Below are positions 12,411-26,200 of a DNA stretch of 64,000 bases, piece after piece. Positions within the stretch are counted from its first letter, which is position 1. Every line of letters starts with the position of its first letter. Made by a program: the position numbers and the translations under genes. Origin of the DNA: Trichoplax adhaerens (taxonomy: Eukaryota; Animalia; Placozoa); assembly GCF_000150275.1 (NCBI RefSeq), contig NW_002060972.1, positions 62,001-126,000 of the forward strand. The letters run 5' to 3'. Below the pieces are notes generated by a model. It saw only the letters and a list, made by a program, of their open reading frames with translations, did no database searches and was not told the DNA's origin.

Positions 12411-13732
12411 TTAATCTATTTCGTTTGCCTGCACTGTAGATGATTGATTTTTGTACCCATCATTCACGGCTTTAACTTTGTCAACATATCCCTGTCAGAG
12501 ATGTATATACGAATATTGGAATATTGACAACATTTACTTTGCTATTGATTCAGGAATATTGCTAAGTTAGAATTAGAGGTCTGAAACTACTGTCATACCA
12601 GCGGCAGCAAAGCCTGCAGTAGCGTATTTTTCAGTAATGATCTCCGCGAATAACCGTCGTTGCTGCATATCCTTTGAAAATAGGATACTTTTATACAATA
12701 ACTCACAGTCTGAAGTGACATATTCTGCTGTAGTTACAATGATTTAAAGGGGAATTATACTTTCAGAATAACTGCTAGATTTAATTTGGTCACTTCTATA
12801 GGGTAATTTTAATTAATTGATTGCGTACACCTCAACTTTGCCCATGCCTATTTCCACCTTGTCAGTTTAACAAATACCCTAGCTCAGTTAATTTCTGTTC
12901 GGGTTCCATTTGCTCGGTTATACACGGTCACTTTGGTGTTTGCTCCGACTTACTATAGCCAGGTACAGCCAGGTATTGACCAAGAGGAAATTCTGCTCTG
13001 TTGTAGATCCATAGTATTTTGTTTTACTCATCTTATTGGACAATCTAATATGATATGTTCTCAATTCACTTCATCTTCTGGGTTACCTTAATAAATGATT
13101 CTATTCGTCCGTTAATATACCTTATTTCCTAGAACATTGGCTTCTAACAAGAGATGGCTTTATCATGCGTTGCTTTTGGATGTAAAAATACAAATAAAAC
13201 TCACCCACAACTTTTATACAATAAATTTCTAGCGAATGGAAAGCTTTAACAACCTTGGATTGCTGCCGATAGGTGTGAATGCTCGAAGCTATCAGAGAAT
13301 AGCAGGATTTGCAGTGCTCATTTCATGTCAGGTTATACAGATGATGATGTTCACTAAATTGATACTAGAGTAGTATTTGAACGAACGCTACTTCAAATCA
13401 TTATTATCCGAGCTCGGAAATGCATTCATGATTGGTCCTTGTTTATGCTAAATTGATTTGATCTGATCTTCTAAGTATGTCGAAGGTGTAAAATCAAATT
13501 ATTGTACCGTACATTCCACATTTTGTTATACCTTATTACTCTGGCTACAAAAATGAATACTTTTAGTATTCGCAAGGATTAATGAATGACTTTTCCATTT
13601 ATAAGGCAATTCGTAAAATGCAAACCTCCGCAATTTTATTGCTTGTCTACTCTTCGTAGTTTGAAATCAAAAATAGAGAGGCCTATCAATAATTTTGCCT
13701 TTCTACTTTGACCACCTCTTGTTGATGGACAT
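12411..13732 (-). CDS. Uncharacterised small multi-exon gene (or decaying gene)
   Basis: Several minus-strand AG..GT-bounded segments join in frame at the 3' end (..FLLVNTWLYLAI/AWAKLR/ICSNDGYSRRSLLKNTLLQALLPL/GYVDKVKAVNDGYKNQ..EID*). The 5' exons could not be phased cleanly and no family was recognised. Confidence 0.3.
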
Positions 13733-14603
13733 TGTCCCAGTTTCACTCACTCTTACAGTACTATATACTGTACTATACTGTAGTGTATCACCGTCAAGAG
13801 GAAAGAGATTGTCATACCAAGGACTGTCTTGGATCATTTCGATGGCCATATAGTGTATCGTTTCAGAGATACGGTACAATTGAAATGACCAGCCAAATTG
13901 TCGGTGCTGTATTTCTAGTATGGTGAAGGACGGTTTGGTGTTCTCTGTCTATCTGTACTTCCGGTACAGTACAGTGTACAGTACACGAAAGTACAGTATA
14001 CTATACTGTAGACTGTGAGCGTGACTGTACTGTAAGTTGAATGAGCAGCCATTGGACTGGATTATGATATGCCATAATCGTCCATTTTCTCTTTCATTTC
14101 TAGTCTAAGCTACATCAGTCATGACTAGCAGAGATTTTGACATGGATGATAGGTGCAACAAACATAGTTCGTTTGCAACCGCTAATGAACATTTCTGCGT
14201 CAAGTTGAGCAGCGATATTTGTCCATTTTTCTCATGGATTTGGAGCCTGCATGAGTATTGATACAAACATAAAATCCCATTGAAGCCTTCGATGTCATAC
14301 TTTTGCATACAGTACAGTTCGAGGCTTTTTCAACTCCATACAACATAACTATACTATCAAATCCCAGTTGAGCCTGCGATATCATACTCTGTATAGAGGA
14401 TTTTTCAAATACGACACTACTGTACTGTTAAAATCGTAAGCTAGTGCCATTGAATCTCCGATGTTATACCGAGCATGGAGACTTTTGCAACGATCACTGG
14501 AAATCAGATGGTAGTGCAGTCTTAGTCTAAAATGCAATGGAGTTTCCCATGTCNNNNNNNNNNNNNNNNNNNNNNNNNNNNNNNNNNNNNNNNNNNNNNN
14601 NNN

Positions 14604-15596
14604 CTTCAAGCTGACCAGCAAATGGTTTTACTCTATTTCATGAGCCATCATTAGACGGATACCCTAACATTAAAAATTGGAGAGGGTCTGTAGTACACCC
14701 AGTAGAAATGCAAAGCTGGTACAGTCGTCGACACACAATGAACTCTAGGCAGTAGACTACCGCAAACGTGCATGTTTCAGTCCTACCCTTATCGTTGAAA
14801 GTTTGCAACATCCCATGACCATTTCTGCTTCAAGCTGACCAGCAAAATGGCTTTACTCTATTTCATGAGCCATCATTAGACGGATACCCTAACATTAAAA
14901 ATGGGAGAGGGTCTGTAGTACACCCAGTAGAAGACGACCGTTGAAATGCAAAGCTGGTACAGTCGTCGACACACAATGAACTCTAGGCAGTAGACTACCG
15001 CAAACGGGCATGTTTCAGTCCTACCCTTATCGTTGAAAGTTTGCAACATCCCATGACCATTTCTGCTTCAAGCTGACCAGCAAAATGGCTTTACTCTATT
15101 TCATGAGCCATCATTAGACGGATACCCTAACATTAAAAATTGGAGAGGGTCTGTAGTACACCCTGTAGAAATGCAAAGCTGGTACAGTCGTCGACACACA
15201 ATGAACTCTAGGCAGTAGACTACCGCAAACGGGCATGTTTCAGTCCTACCCTTATCGTTGAAAGTTTGCAACATCCCATGACCATTTCTGCTTCAAGCTG
15301 ACCAGCAAAATGGCTTTACTCTATTTCATGAGCCATCATTAGACGGATACCGTAACATTAAAAATGGGAGAGGGTCTGTAGTACACCCAGTAGAAGACGA
15401 CCGTTGAAATGCAAAGCTGGTACAGTCGTCGACACACAATAAACTCTAGGCAGTAGACTACCGCAAACGGGCATGTTTCAGTCCTACCCCTATCGTTGAA
15501 AGTTTGCAACATCCCACGACCATTTCTGCTTCAAGCTGACCAGCAAAATGGCTTTACCCTATTTTCATGAGCCATCTTTAGACGGATACCCTAGCA
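14604..15596. repeat. Tandem array, ~4.3 units of 224-238 bp with dimeric higher-order structure
   Basis: Units start (cttcaagctgacc) at 14604, 14828, 15066, 15291 and 15529. The array abuts an N gap. Confidence 0.95.
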
Positions 15597-15927
15597 TTGG
15601 AGGGATTTTGGGCCTTGATTGTGTTGAAACAACCGTTCTTACTGCCTCCTGTACCATAGCCTACGGCTAGCAGCCATGTTTGCGTTATACTCCGCCGTGT
15701 CCATCAGCAAGACTACGCGCTCGCAGTACCACCGCGCGCCGACACGCTTTGACTGGAAGAGAGAGAGAAAAGACAACTGGCATGACAATGAGACACCAGC
15801 GCCAACACAATGTGGCAAGACTACGGCGATACTCGTCCACTATACGGCAAGCCAAGGCATGCTAGTGAACTAATCCAATCCACCATCTTGTCGTTGAAAT
15901 TGCTGTAGTCATGTCGGATGATTAGCC

Positions 15928-18900
15928 ATGGAGATTTGTGCCATTAACGGTGAAGAAATTGAACTGCCGACGGTGTTGATTGAAAATGTAATGGATAAGT
16001 ATTGAGCTAATGCTGATCACTTGTAAGTAGTGGAGTTTGGTCTGCAGCAGCAGAGTCAATCAAGTAGTATTGTCTGTAGGAAAAATGGCTTACAGGTATA
16101 GTAATTATGTCGAATATTTGGTGGAGGACAACGATGATAGGACGACTGGAGGTCAGCGATGAAGACGACGTCGAGTAGGAAGGAGGAGGAGGGCAAGAAA
16201 GACTAGTTTAGTCATTGGAAGAGCAGTCTTGGACTGGTACAGAAGGGATTGAGGAGGTCAATTCATTTTTTTCACTCAATCATGTCAACATCAGCTCGAT
16301 CGATCGTCATGGAGAGAACTGAAATGGTTTGGACTAACTACAAACTAGCGTTGAGGACAAAAAGTTGTTTCTAGACAGTATTTAGCGTAGAAGACAAAAA
16401 ATGATGGCTATATGGTCGTTAGCGTCAAAGACTAAACGCTACTTCTACACAGGTTTCAATCAGAAAGAGAGATTGGACGATCGTGCTTGCAATGACAAAT
16501 TCGAACTTAAATGAGTGGAGATGGGTCATCTTTTCCAAGTCTGACTAATCTCTTGCTGTAGATCCTTACGATCCATGTCAACTGAAATGGCTTGTACTAA
16601 CTAATGACTAGTGTAGAGGACAAAAACTTGTTTCTATACAGTAGTTAGCGTACAGGACAAAACGTTGCTTCTAGACAGTATTCAATGAGAAAGAGAGACT
16701 CAACGATCGTCGTTGCAATGACAAATTTCAACTTGAATGAGTGGAGAAGGGTAATCTTTTCCAAGTCGGACTAATCTCTTCCTTTTGATCCTTAGGAAAA
16801 TGTTTTCAAAGAAGTTCTCAATTTTACCACTTGGCAAAATGTCTTAACGCAGCAAGAGAAACAGGATATGATGGTAACTGGCAAGAATAGACGTTAACAT
16901 GACTTATTGCAATAACATTGATTTCTACTCCTTCCAATGACTTGATAGCAACTTTTACCTACTGCGGAGGAAGAGGACGAAGATCGTGAAGGCATAGTCA
17001 AGTAAATTCATCAGTCAATCGCTTCATTCTACGTGAGTCATACTACTGTATTCCTAAATAGAGTCCAATCGATTTTCATTTAGATCGTTACTTCAAGGAG
17101 AAAACTTTAAATTTGGCAATCCCGTACAAGAGTTCCAACATAAATTACGTGGTAAGATAGCTATTGACATGCAATCATCGTCAATCACTGAATTAAAGTG
17201 ATTCGGACGAATACAACCTGATTTCATTCAATTCAAGAATAACATTTATTGCTCGTACTTGCCTAGCTGGCTATTATGCCCCCGAAGTACGAAAATATCA
17301 TGTAATGTGCCAAAACGTAAAGAAAAAGGAGTTTGAGGTGAGAAAGAGAGTCAGCAAGAGTCCTGGTCGTACCACTTCTTTAAAAGCTGTCATATAATCA
17401 ATCTGGTTGCTTGAAGCATTGCTCTGCAATGCAAGATCACATTTAGCGAAAGTAACATAGCCCATCACCTACTGTATTCATCAACACTTGGTCTGCAGTT
17501 TTATCGAGTAGTCAACCAACCAAAAGAATCGAGAATGTTGTACAGTTTTGATAATCACTAAAGTAGCTCATGATATAGGAATGGAAATAACGAAAATTAT
17601 ACCCGTTGTCACAGATGCGTTATCCTACTATTCTACAACGACTTACACCATTATAGTTCTAGTTTTACTTATTGCAAATAGTCCACGGTACCGTATGTAG
17701 ATTGGAATGCCGTCATGGTCAAGATTCATTTTCCGAGTACCTTAAATACTTTGCATTGTCACCCTGACTGCCAAGACAAATTTTCTACCTTTTCCTCTAC
17801 ATCCGGAACCTAATTCATTCCATTTTATTCTTGATAGGAATATTTACGTAAATATTATAAAACGCTTCTGATCGATGCTTTAAAATCACGTCAAGTAAGT
17901 GATATAAACTTGTACAAGTGGATTGCCTGTATAAAGTTACTACATGGTATACTTTTGTCTACTACTGTACAAATTTGAATTGCGTTCACGACTACGTAAG
18001 TGTAGCATTCTTACATGCTTACAGTATCTAATCATGGCTTATTCTTTAACGTACAGCATCTTGTTCAACATGTGCGAAACTCAGCACCGGATGAACCTCT
18101 TAAAAAAAGGTATAAAACGATCATGAATATCTCCTGTGCATTTCTGATCAAAAATGGATGCGTGTGTAATTTGGACTAGCACGTAGTAACAAGCGTACGA
18201 CACTAAAATTTATATACTTTCTCAACTCCAAATAATCATTGCACCCTTTATTGTAGGCGAAAGCAAAATCATATTGATAAAGTAATCTGTTCTAATCGCC
18301 TTAGTGCGACCGTACAGAAAAGATATAAAAGGTTTGTCTATTTTCATTTTTGGTCTATGAACCGATATCTCCAGCTTATACAAGTATTACATTGCAACAC
18401 GTTACTATTTCGAGCAATGATTACAATATCCATTATCTAAGGCTTCTAATTGAAACGAATTAATCTCTTCTCTAGTATCCTAAGTGATTGCTTTAAAGAA
18501 TGTAACGTAAGTTCCCTATTAAATCAAATATGTATTTAGCTCATTCTTTGTTGGGCTTACTTCAACGCCCTCCTGAATGTATCCAAATTTAGTCTTTGTA
18601 ACCGAGAACCCAATTTCTTTCACTTTAGTTGAACGAAAGTGAATTTGATGATGACGATGTTACGCAAAATACATTCGGTACGGTACTTCAGTAATTATGG
18701 ACGATACAGAGTTGTCAGGGATAGATCTCAATTTAATCTTTGGTCTCGTTATGTAGATGGTAATAATGAAAATAAAAATAGCAATCTCACAAATGGCAAT
18801 GACCACATGGCACATGAACTCGATGCAACGTACAATCGTATGTTATACAAGCAAAAACGAAGAAATCGTCAAGAACCTGTAAGAAACTTGATTATCTTGT

Positions 18901-21900
18901 AAACTAGGATATTAACCAATAAATTGCGGCATGTTATCATTGACCCTTTACAGTATTTTAATTGGAACTAATCTTGTAATATCCAGGATAGGAGAAAGCC
19001 TACATCTTCAATAGCGGAAATATTTATGAGAACTTATCCGAGTTATAAAATTTACGAAATTAACGGTACTGATTACAACATTCATACTTATTGTCGGTAA
19101 AATGCAGTAATCGTTAAGATGATGGGCATAATCGACTTTAAATCCAATGGCGATCTAGGTATCCTACCGGTGAAAGAAAAAGTTATCAGAAAAAGGAAAA
19201 GCAAAAACTCATCGCTACATGCGAAGTAATTTAGCTTGCATTTCTAGTCATTGATCGAAACTGTCAAAGTCGTAATCCTATTTCAATTTACAGTGGCGAA
19301 GTCCAAGTTCCTAAAACTTGTTCAAACTATTTTGGCCTTATACGAAATATATTTAAAGGTCTTCCAGAAAGAAGAGGTTCCACTAAAACGGTAAAACATG
19401 AACTATTTTGCGGATATTCATCTAATTGCTGACAAATTTGGCGATTAACTGAATTTCGTGCTTTAATTGATCGCAAACTGATCTATGTCATAGATTGAAG
19501 AACGGATTGTTGCTTGGCAGGTACGACAATATTACATTTTTAGAATTATAGGCTTTACGTAACTCTAGCGCAAAGTTGTAATGTGCTGTTCCCTTCATCA
19601 ATTTTAACAATTTTAATAACTCAATCTCACTGTTTCATCTGTTTCATCTCAGAAATCTGGTAAACGAATGGACGACAATGCTGACTGGGTAACTCAAGTA
19701 GATGATTGGTCGGAATTAGTTACTTCTGGTTTACGTTACCTGTCTGCCGATGCTGGATGTAAGCGACAGAAATAGTTCTATAAATATATTGCGATTGTAA
19801 TCATTGTGTCATATTAAATACCTTAATGTAAGCTAACAACATTTTTAATTGAAGGACAGTATAGTCGATAAATTGCATTATAATTATCTATGCGACATGC
19901 CAATTCGCTATTGACGTTTAGTTGAGGCACATTGAAATGTGTTTCGTGCTAGTTATTTTGCTGCATACTTGATAAACTGCGGATAAGGCCCAAATTTATG
20001 TTCACGTGAAATACAGTATAAAGGTACTGTAATGGTTGAAGTATCATCGAGAGTTACCATACCATATAATACTTGGCATTGACATAATATAATATGGTAA
20101 TAGTTGGTATTGCGCATATGGTATCGTGACAAATATCGATCTTATGCAGTGATGATACTGTAGGAATAGATATCGTAATCTAGTGTTAGTAACCCAGTAT
20201 AGTAGCTTATAAATGCTACTTTATTTTAAACCAGAGGGATCGCTTATAATTCACTAGTATCGATAATCAAATACAAAAATTTAATATTCTACTTGCTCTA
20301 TTATTAATTATCTTACTTTTTTATATCAAGTCAAACAATCCTTGATTAACAGCTTAAATTGTGAAATTTTTTTATTTGTAATAGCTGTTTCGTCAGTCGC
20401 TCCAATACCTGGCTTTGTACCATATGTGGATTTTCGAGAAAGAATGCAACAATGGAAATGGACAGGTCAAGATTGATGATATTAAAGACATTTTATTCAT
20501 GTTCTGAAATATGTGCTCATAACGTACAGGTTCCAAACGAGATTCTGATGAAATATTAGAGCCTTTCTGTCAGCACTGGTTCGATACTCGAGACGACGAA
20601 ATGGTATTACTGCTACTCAATTACAGTATTAATTTATTTATTTATTTGAAAGTAACCCCTTTCTTGGAAATACCGTATGATTGTTTTATTTTTTTGACGG
20701 AAGTACTAATTCATTGCAAATAATCATTTAGGAAACTGTTAATCCTCTTGCTAATCTTCCGTTACCCGGGAGGTGAGTTGCTTTGATGATGGTATATTAA
20801 ACTGTATAATGATAACTAAATTACAATTTTATGTATCATTTTAGTCAAACAGAATATATTGTTAAACCAAGTTCAGATATTGATAAAGAAGCTTTTAGAA
20901 ATCAGGTATTTATTAGCACTGCCGTTTACCACTGGCTACACGACCCTTGTGTATCTATTGATAAGTTCTTTCGTTGCCTATTTTTAAAAATTTAGGAGCA
21001 AGTTCGATATTCAAATCCTCACCGAGCATTTACCTATCGTATGCATGACTATGATTCCGTTGTTGGACCAGTGAAGGTTAGAAATTTTCTGCTTATAAAG
21101 CAACAATAGTCGCATTTGGTATTTCTATGTCGATCATCTTAAACAACCTTGGGGCATTAATGTATTATGGCAATCAATTTTACAGGGTATTTATGAAAAA
21201 CAGATCTCAGCGTCTAGTAAAGCTAGAGAACATGCTCTCTTAAAACAGGATCGTCCACCGTTTGTTACCATACTGACTATAGGTTTGCTATATGCTTGTA
21301 AGGCTGTCACGGTTAACTAAATAGCGGTTCTATTTCTTTCTTGGATGTATAAAATGACTCCAATTTTACGCTTTAACAGCCCGTGATGCCGCAGCACGCT
21401 TGCCGAATGGAGAAGGAACCAGAGCTGATGTTAGTTGTTCATCGTGCATTGCTTAATTGTAAATAGAATAAACAAAACTATTCGTCTGGAACTTTATTTT
21501 TGCTTGCAGATTTGCGAGTTGCTAAAAGATTCTCAGTACCTTGTGGAATGCTCTGATAGCCAGGTTTCTTACTACTAATAGATTGTCTATTAAGCTATAT
21601 TTGATGATAAAATTATAAATGCTTACATAATAGATATATCACCAGAAATACTTAGTATTTCTATATTAAAACGTAGATAAATTCCGTGGTTAGTGGTGCT
21701 TTGGATCGATTGCATTATGAGAAAGATCCATGTGTAAAATATGACAGTAGCAGAAAACTTTGGGTATATCTTCATAGAAATCGAACTGAAGAAGAGTTTG
21801 GTTTGTATATTAACGGAGTTACATCGAGTTCTAGCTTTATGTCCTTTATCTCCTTTTATTTAATTAATAATTAAAGATATTTTAGTAACGAGCCAATTTT

Positions 21901-22550
21901 CATCAAATGCTCTCCAGAACGTATACACAACACGCAGGCTGCAGCCTATCAAGCCAAAAAGGGAGTTACCAAATCCAAGGCACCAAAATTGCAGGTACTT
22001 TCGTGTCGTCATTACACATTTGACGGATTAACTTAATCTTAATAATCGCTGAGACTAAGAAAGCTGTTATTTCAAATCATGAAGTATAAATGCTCTTTTT
22101 GCACTACAGAAATCGACTGCGGATAAAAGCTTTTCCCTTCAGCCAAGAAATGAATTTACAGATGTGGACAACGTCAGTAAGGATGAAAATGCTTCTGATG
22201 CATCCAGCGATGAAAAGCTTTATGCTTCACCCATAAGTTCTCAGAAGAGTAGATCCATTGATGATCAACTCTCAGAAGATTTGGTAGTAAAATCTACTGC
22301 TAGCAGTGCGGGCACAAAAACTAAATTGATAATAAGTAACACTAAAACCTCAGAATCCTCTGTAAAATCGGAATTTCCAAGCGAGCAGAATTCTAGTCCA
22401 TATGAAAATCATGACGAAACTGACCTACTGCCCGATGGATCGATTAGTTCTAAAGTATCAGAAAATGATAGCGATAGTTTATCAGATGCTGAAGATTATC
22501 TTGATGGAAGTGACGACGTTATGATGAGTCTCGATGATGAACAATTCTGA
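15928..22550 (+). CDS. NFRKB: Nuclear factor related to kappa-B-binding protein (INO80 subunit; DEUBAD plus winged-helix domains), multi-exon
   Basis: Exons encode MEICAINGEEIELPTVLIEN/ENVFKEVLNFTTWQNVLT, LLQGENFKFGNP, RYSNPHRAFTYRMHDYDSVVGPVK, SKAREHALLKQDRPPFVTIL, ARDAAARLPNGEGTRAD and VVSGALDRLHYEKDPCVKYD..RKLWVYLHRNRTEEEF, all characteristic of NFRKB. Acidic last exon ends at 22550. Confidence 0.93.
16317..16795. repeat. Tandem duplication of the 3' part of NFRKB intron 1
   Basis: aactgaaatgg...ttttccaagtc.gactaatctctt...gatcctta occurs at 16317-16569 and 16580-16795. Confidence 0.85.
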
Positions 22551-23294
22551 ATTTTTTGTTTTAGTATCAATGATTATTTCTCGAATTTACTGTACATGTT
22601 ATTCCATGCTATTTCGCACCTTAATTTACTATATGAAATGTAGAGTCTAATAGTTTAGCACTGTTTTATAATGATGCCTAGAAAATGTACAGCTAATTCA
22701 ATCGGGGAAGAAAAGAGGTCAGCCGCAATGGAAAAGAAGGCTGCTAAATACAAAATTATATGTGCTGCTTTAAACTGTAATTACAGCTGTAAAAATGTAA
22801 CTATGATTTGACCAAATAATCACCTCTGTTTCAAAAATAAAACTATTCATAAATTATCTTCGAATCTTACTATTTTATTCTTTTCTGATTAGTTGCAACT
22901 TTCAGATCCGAAAAGTTGCAACGCATAATAATCACGAAATCAATATGATACCATTAAAATGCGTTCTCGACTGACAATGGTCGGCAGATTACAGCAATAA
23001 GTTAGAGCTGGTGTAGGTAACAGACCGGTCAAATTTTACGCACCCAAAGATATTTTCATATATTGGTCGCATTAAATATTTCTTATTGAATAGCATATAT
23101 GTTATGATGATTGCAACACTGAAAGGCTGAAACATACTAACAGTGAAGAAAAAGGAGGGACTCCCTACATCAGCTGCTGAGTACTCATACCAATATTGTA
23201 TTATGGCTATGGTGACCTTTTTGGATCACTACAACACAATACTACAACAGGATTAACATTTAAGATTATGCCGTAATATCGATATTTGATTGTT

Positions 23295-26200
23295 TTAACC
23301 CTTTAGTAAGGAATTGACAACAATTTGCACATTCAATCGCTTTAAATCTGCGTATGTTTGACCAGTTCCAACGAATACTATTGGTTGACCAGCTGTATAG
23401 GTCATTGATATCGCGGCACCAACCTGACAAAAAATAGAAAAATTAAATGCCTTCAGTATTATGCCGATTTTAGACAATTACAAGTTAATACTTTTCACTA
23501 TAACAGTAAGCAAAGCTTTATTTATTTATATCTATACCCAGAACCGCATATCTAAAATCATTCTGAATTTCATACATAATCTAAAGTAAAAATCAGCAAA
23601 GATATACCTTGTCATCAATAGTATCGAATTTAGTCAATAAAATGCCATCGATAAGCCGCGGATTATCACTTTTCGAAAAATCCATCATAGCATGATTGAA
23701 TTTCTTCAATTGATCTACTGCTTCATTGCCAACTAGTGCTTCACCAACAAAAAGTACCAAATCTGGTTCATTGATATGAACCAACTAAAAAAGAAAAAAT
23801 GTTGAGTTTACTTATACGCCTATATCACCATAGAAACAAACGTTTTAGGCATTTGAAGGACTGAACGGCAACTAGTTAAAATGCATGAGTTATAGGCGTT
23901 TGGTTAATAGTAATATAGCATAAAAAGTCCATCTACTAATCATAAAGAAGATTGTAGTCTAATCGTTAATCTAAAAAATCGCTATTATTGCCATATGCCA
24001 ATACCTTTGCTAAAGATCTCATCAAGGGCTCATTGTCTTGCATTCGGCCAGCAGTATCAATTAGTACCACGTCAATTATTCGATCTTGAGCTAGAAATAT
24101 AAATCATAGGCATTCGGACACATCTATTGTAAGTATCGATTCATATATCGTACAGTATTATATGCAAGTAGATATAAAGTTATTTAATAAAGTCTAAAAT
24201 CATAGCTTTATTTTAATCCCGTACCGAAGTTGATAGCATCCATCGCTATTCCAGCTGCATCTTTGCCGTATCCTTTTTCAAAGAGAATTACGGAAGGTTC
24301 TTCATCACCTTCAGCCGGATGCAATGCATTCAAATGGCGAACATGAGTTCGCAATTGCTCCACAGCGCCAGCACGAAAGGTATCACATGCAGCAATTAAG
24401 ACACGATAACCGTTTTCCATGAGCCAAAAGCAAATCTACAATATTTTCGAATAAACACTAATTAAAAACTGTCCAGTGATATATGTGAATAGATAAAAAT
24501 CACAAAGTAATGAGCATCGAAATACTTTAGCAAGATTTGTGGATTTTCCAACTCCGTTCACACCGCAAAATGTAATCGAATATGGCTTTTGCCGACGTTT
24601 AGCTTCCATACAGTCACGCAGTATGTCAATTTGACGTCTTGGCGACAACAGCTGAGTTAGGGATTCGGCTAAGGTTTTCTTCACTTCACTGGTGATTCCT
24701 AGACATTTCATTAACTTTAGCTTTAATATCCTGAAATATTGAAATTACATTTACAATGATAATCATGCTGGCATGTACTTACCACCGAATGTACCGATAA
24801 CTTTGCCTTCCAACTTGGTCGAGACGCTACTGCATAATTGGTCAGCGATATCAGCAGCAACATTTTTTGCTATACAAATTCCATGGAATATGAGACAAAC
24901 AGAAGCAAATACGCTCAAATCAGTACATGGCTTACTTAAAAAATTTCTGAATGAGGCACTAGTCAAGTCTAGTCAAAGTTTACCACTTTACAGTTTGTCA
25001 TACCTATTAAATGCTCCTTCATTTTCTCTAAGATTGGTACCATCCCCTCTTTCGTAATTATTTTTTGTCCAGTTAGAGTTTTAAAGAATGACAACAAACC
25101 AGTTTGCTGTTTCTTGGGAGCTGGTTGAGAGCTACTGCGGAATACGTAGATATTTATGTACGATTAAACAATATCACTGCTTCGCAACTGCAGGTATCCA
25201 GTATTAATCTTCAATATGTCATTACTACGTATGTATTAGCGTATCTATAGCATACATACGACGTACGCTATTAAATGTATGTGTTAAGACTAAATCAGTT
25301 GTTCAAGAATTTACTTCGTAGCATTATTGATTTCTTCTTCTTCCTCTGATGATTCCTCTGAAGCTGATTGCTCTTCAACTTCTTCAAAAGTTTTTAACTG
25401 TCCCTTCATAGTTCCAACGAAACTTTTCTATAATTCGGTTAGTAAAAGTAGCGATCATAGAAATTAAAGGGGCAAATGAAATGATAATTTCGCTGTAACT
25501 TTGAATCATTAAAATATTAAAGATATAGAAAGTCTTACGTTCACTTCGACGTCTTTATTAGCGTTGACGTTATCCCCAGACGCAGTATTACTGCTATAAT
25601 CCAGCTCGACTTGATCTCTAGTAGAACCGCCGTTCGACCATACTCTATCGGCCTTCTTATGAGGTTCTTTACTAGCTGTGCTGGTGGTTGTTTTGGATGG
25701 TTTTTGAGATCTACTAAGGAAGGACAAGATCTGAGTTAGATTGACATCATTTACGAACAATTCAAATTTCAATAGCGCGAAGCTTTAAAGAATGTATAAA
25801 ATACAGTAATAAGCGCACATCTTTATATTTTACATTTCATTTGAAATATTTTTTACCTCACTCTTCCTTTCGGTCCAGTTCGAGGTTTCCCACTAGCCCT
25901 TGGACTAACATTTCTTGCAACTTGCGGAATAGTAGGCGAAGCGGATTCTGCTACTACCCCGTTACTGCCACTGCTACTATTGTTAGCTAGTAAATTGTAA
26001 TAATGATATTATAGGCAAATATCAGCTAAAGCATAATCGCTGCTGAAACAACGATTAGGAGCAAAGGTGATCGTATCTTACATCATCAAACTAGTTAATA
26101 ATAATTCAACACAATCTGTTAAGCAATTTGAAGTAAGTATTGGCATGACACTAGTGTAACAACGAAGCAGTCACTGATATCATAAATCATTATATTACGT

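Noticed and set aside
14604-15596. Tandem arrays (also 28540-29383) as CRISPR or RNA-gene arrays
   Set aside because: Whole units repeat with no unique spacers, there are no cas genes, and no tRNA, 5S or snRNA motifs are recognisable.
24773-25057. Short ORFs antisense or out of frame to real exons (also 33824-34051, 59069-59281, 63568-63765, 63705-63908)
   Set aside because: Shadow ORFs of SRPRA, APAF-like and GNAT coding sequence.
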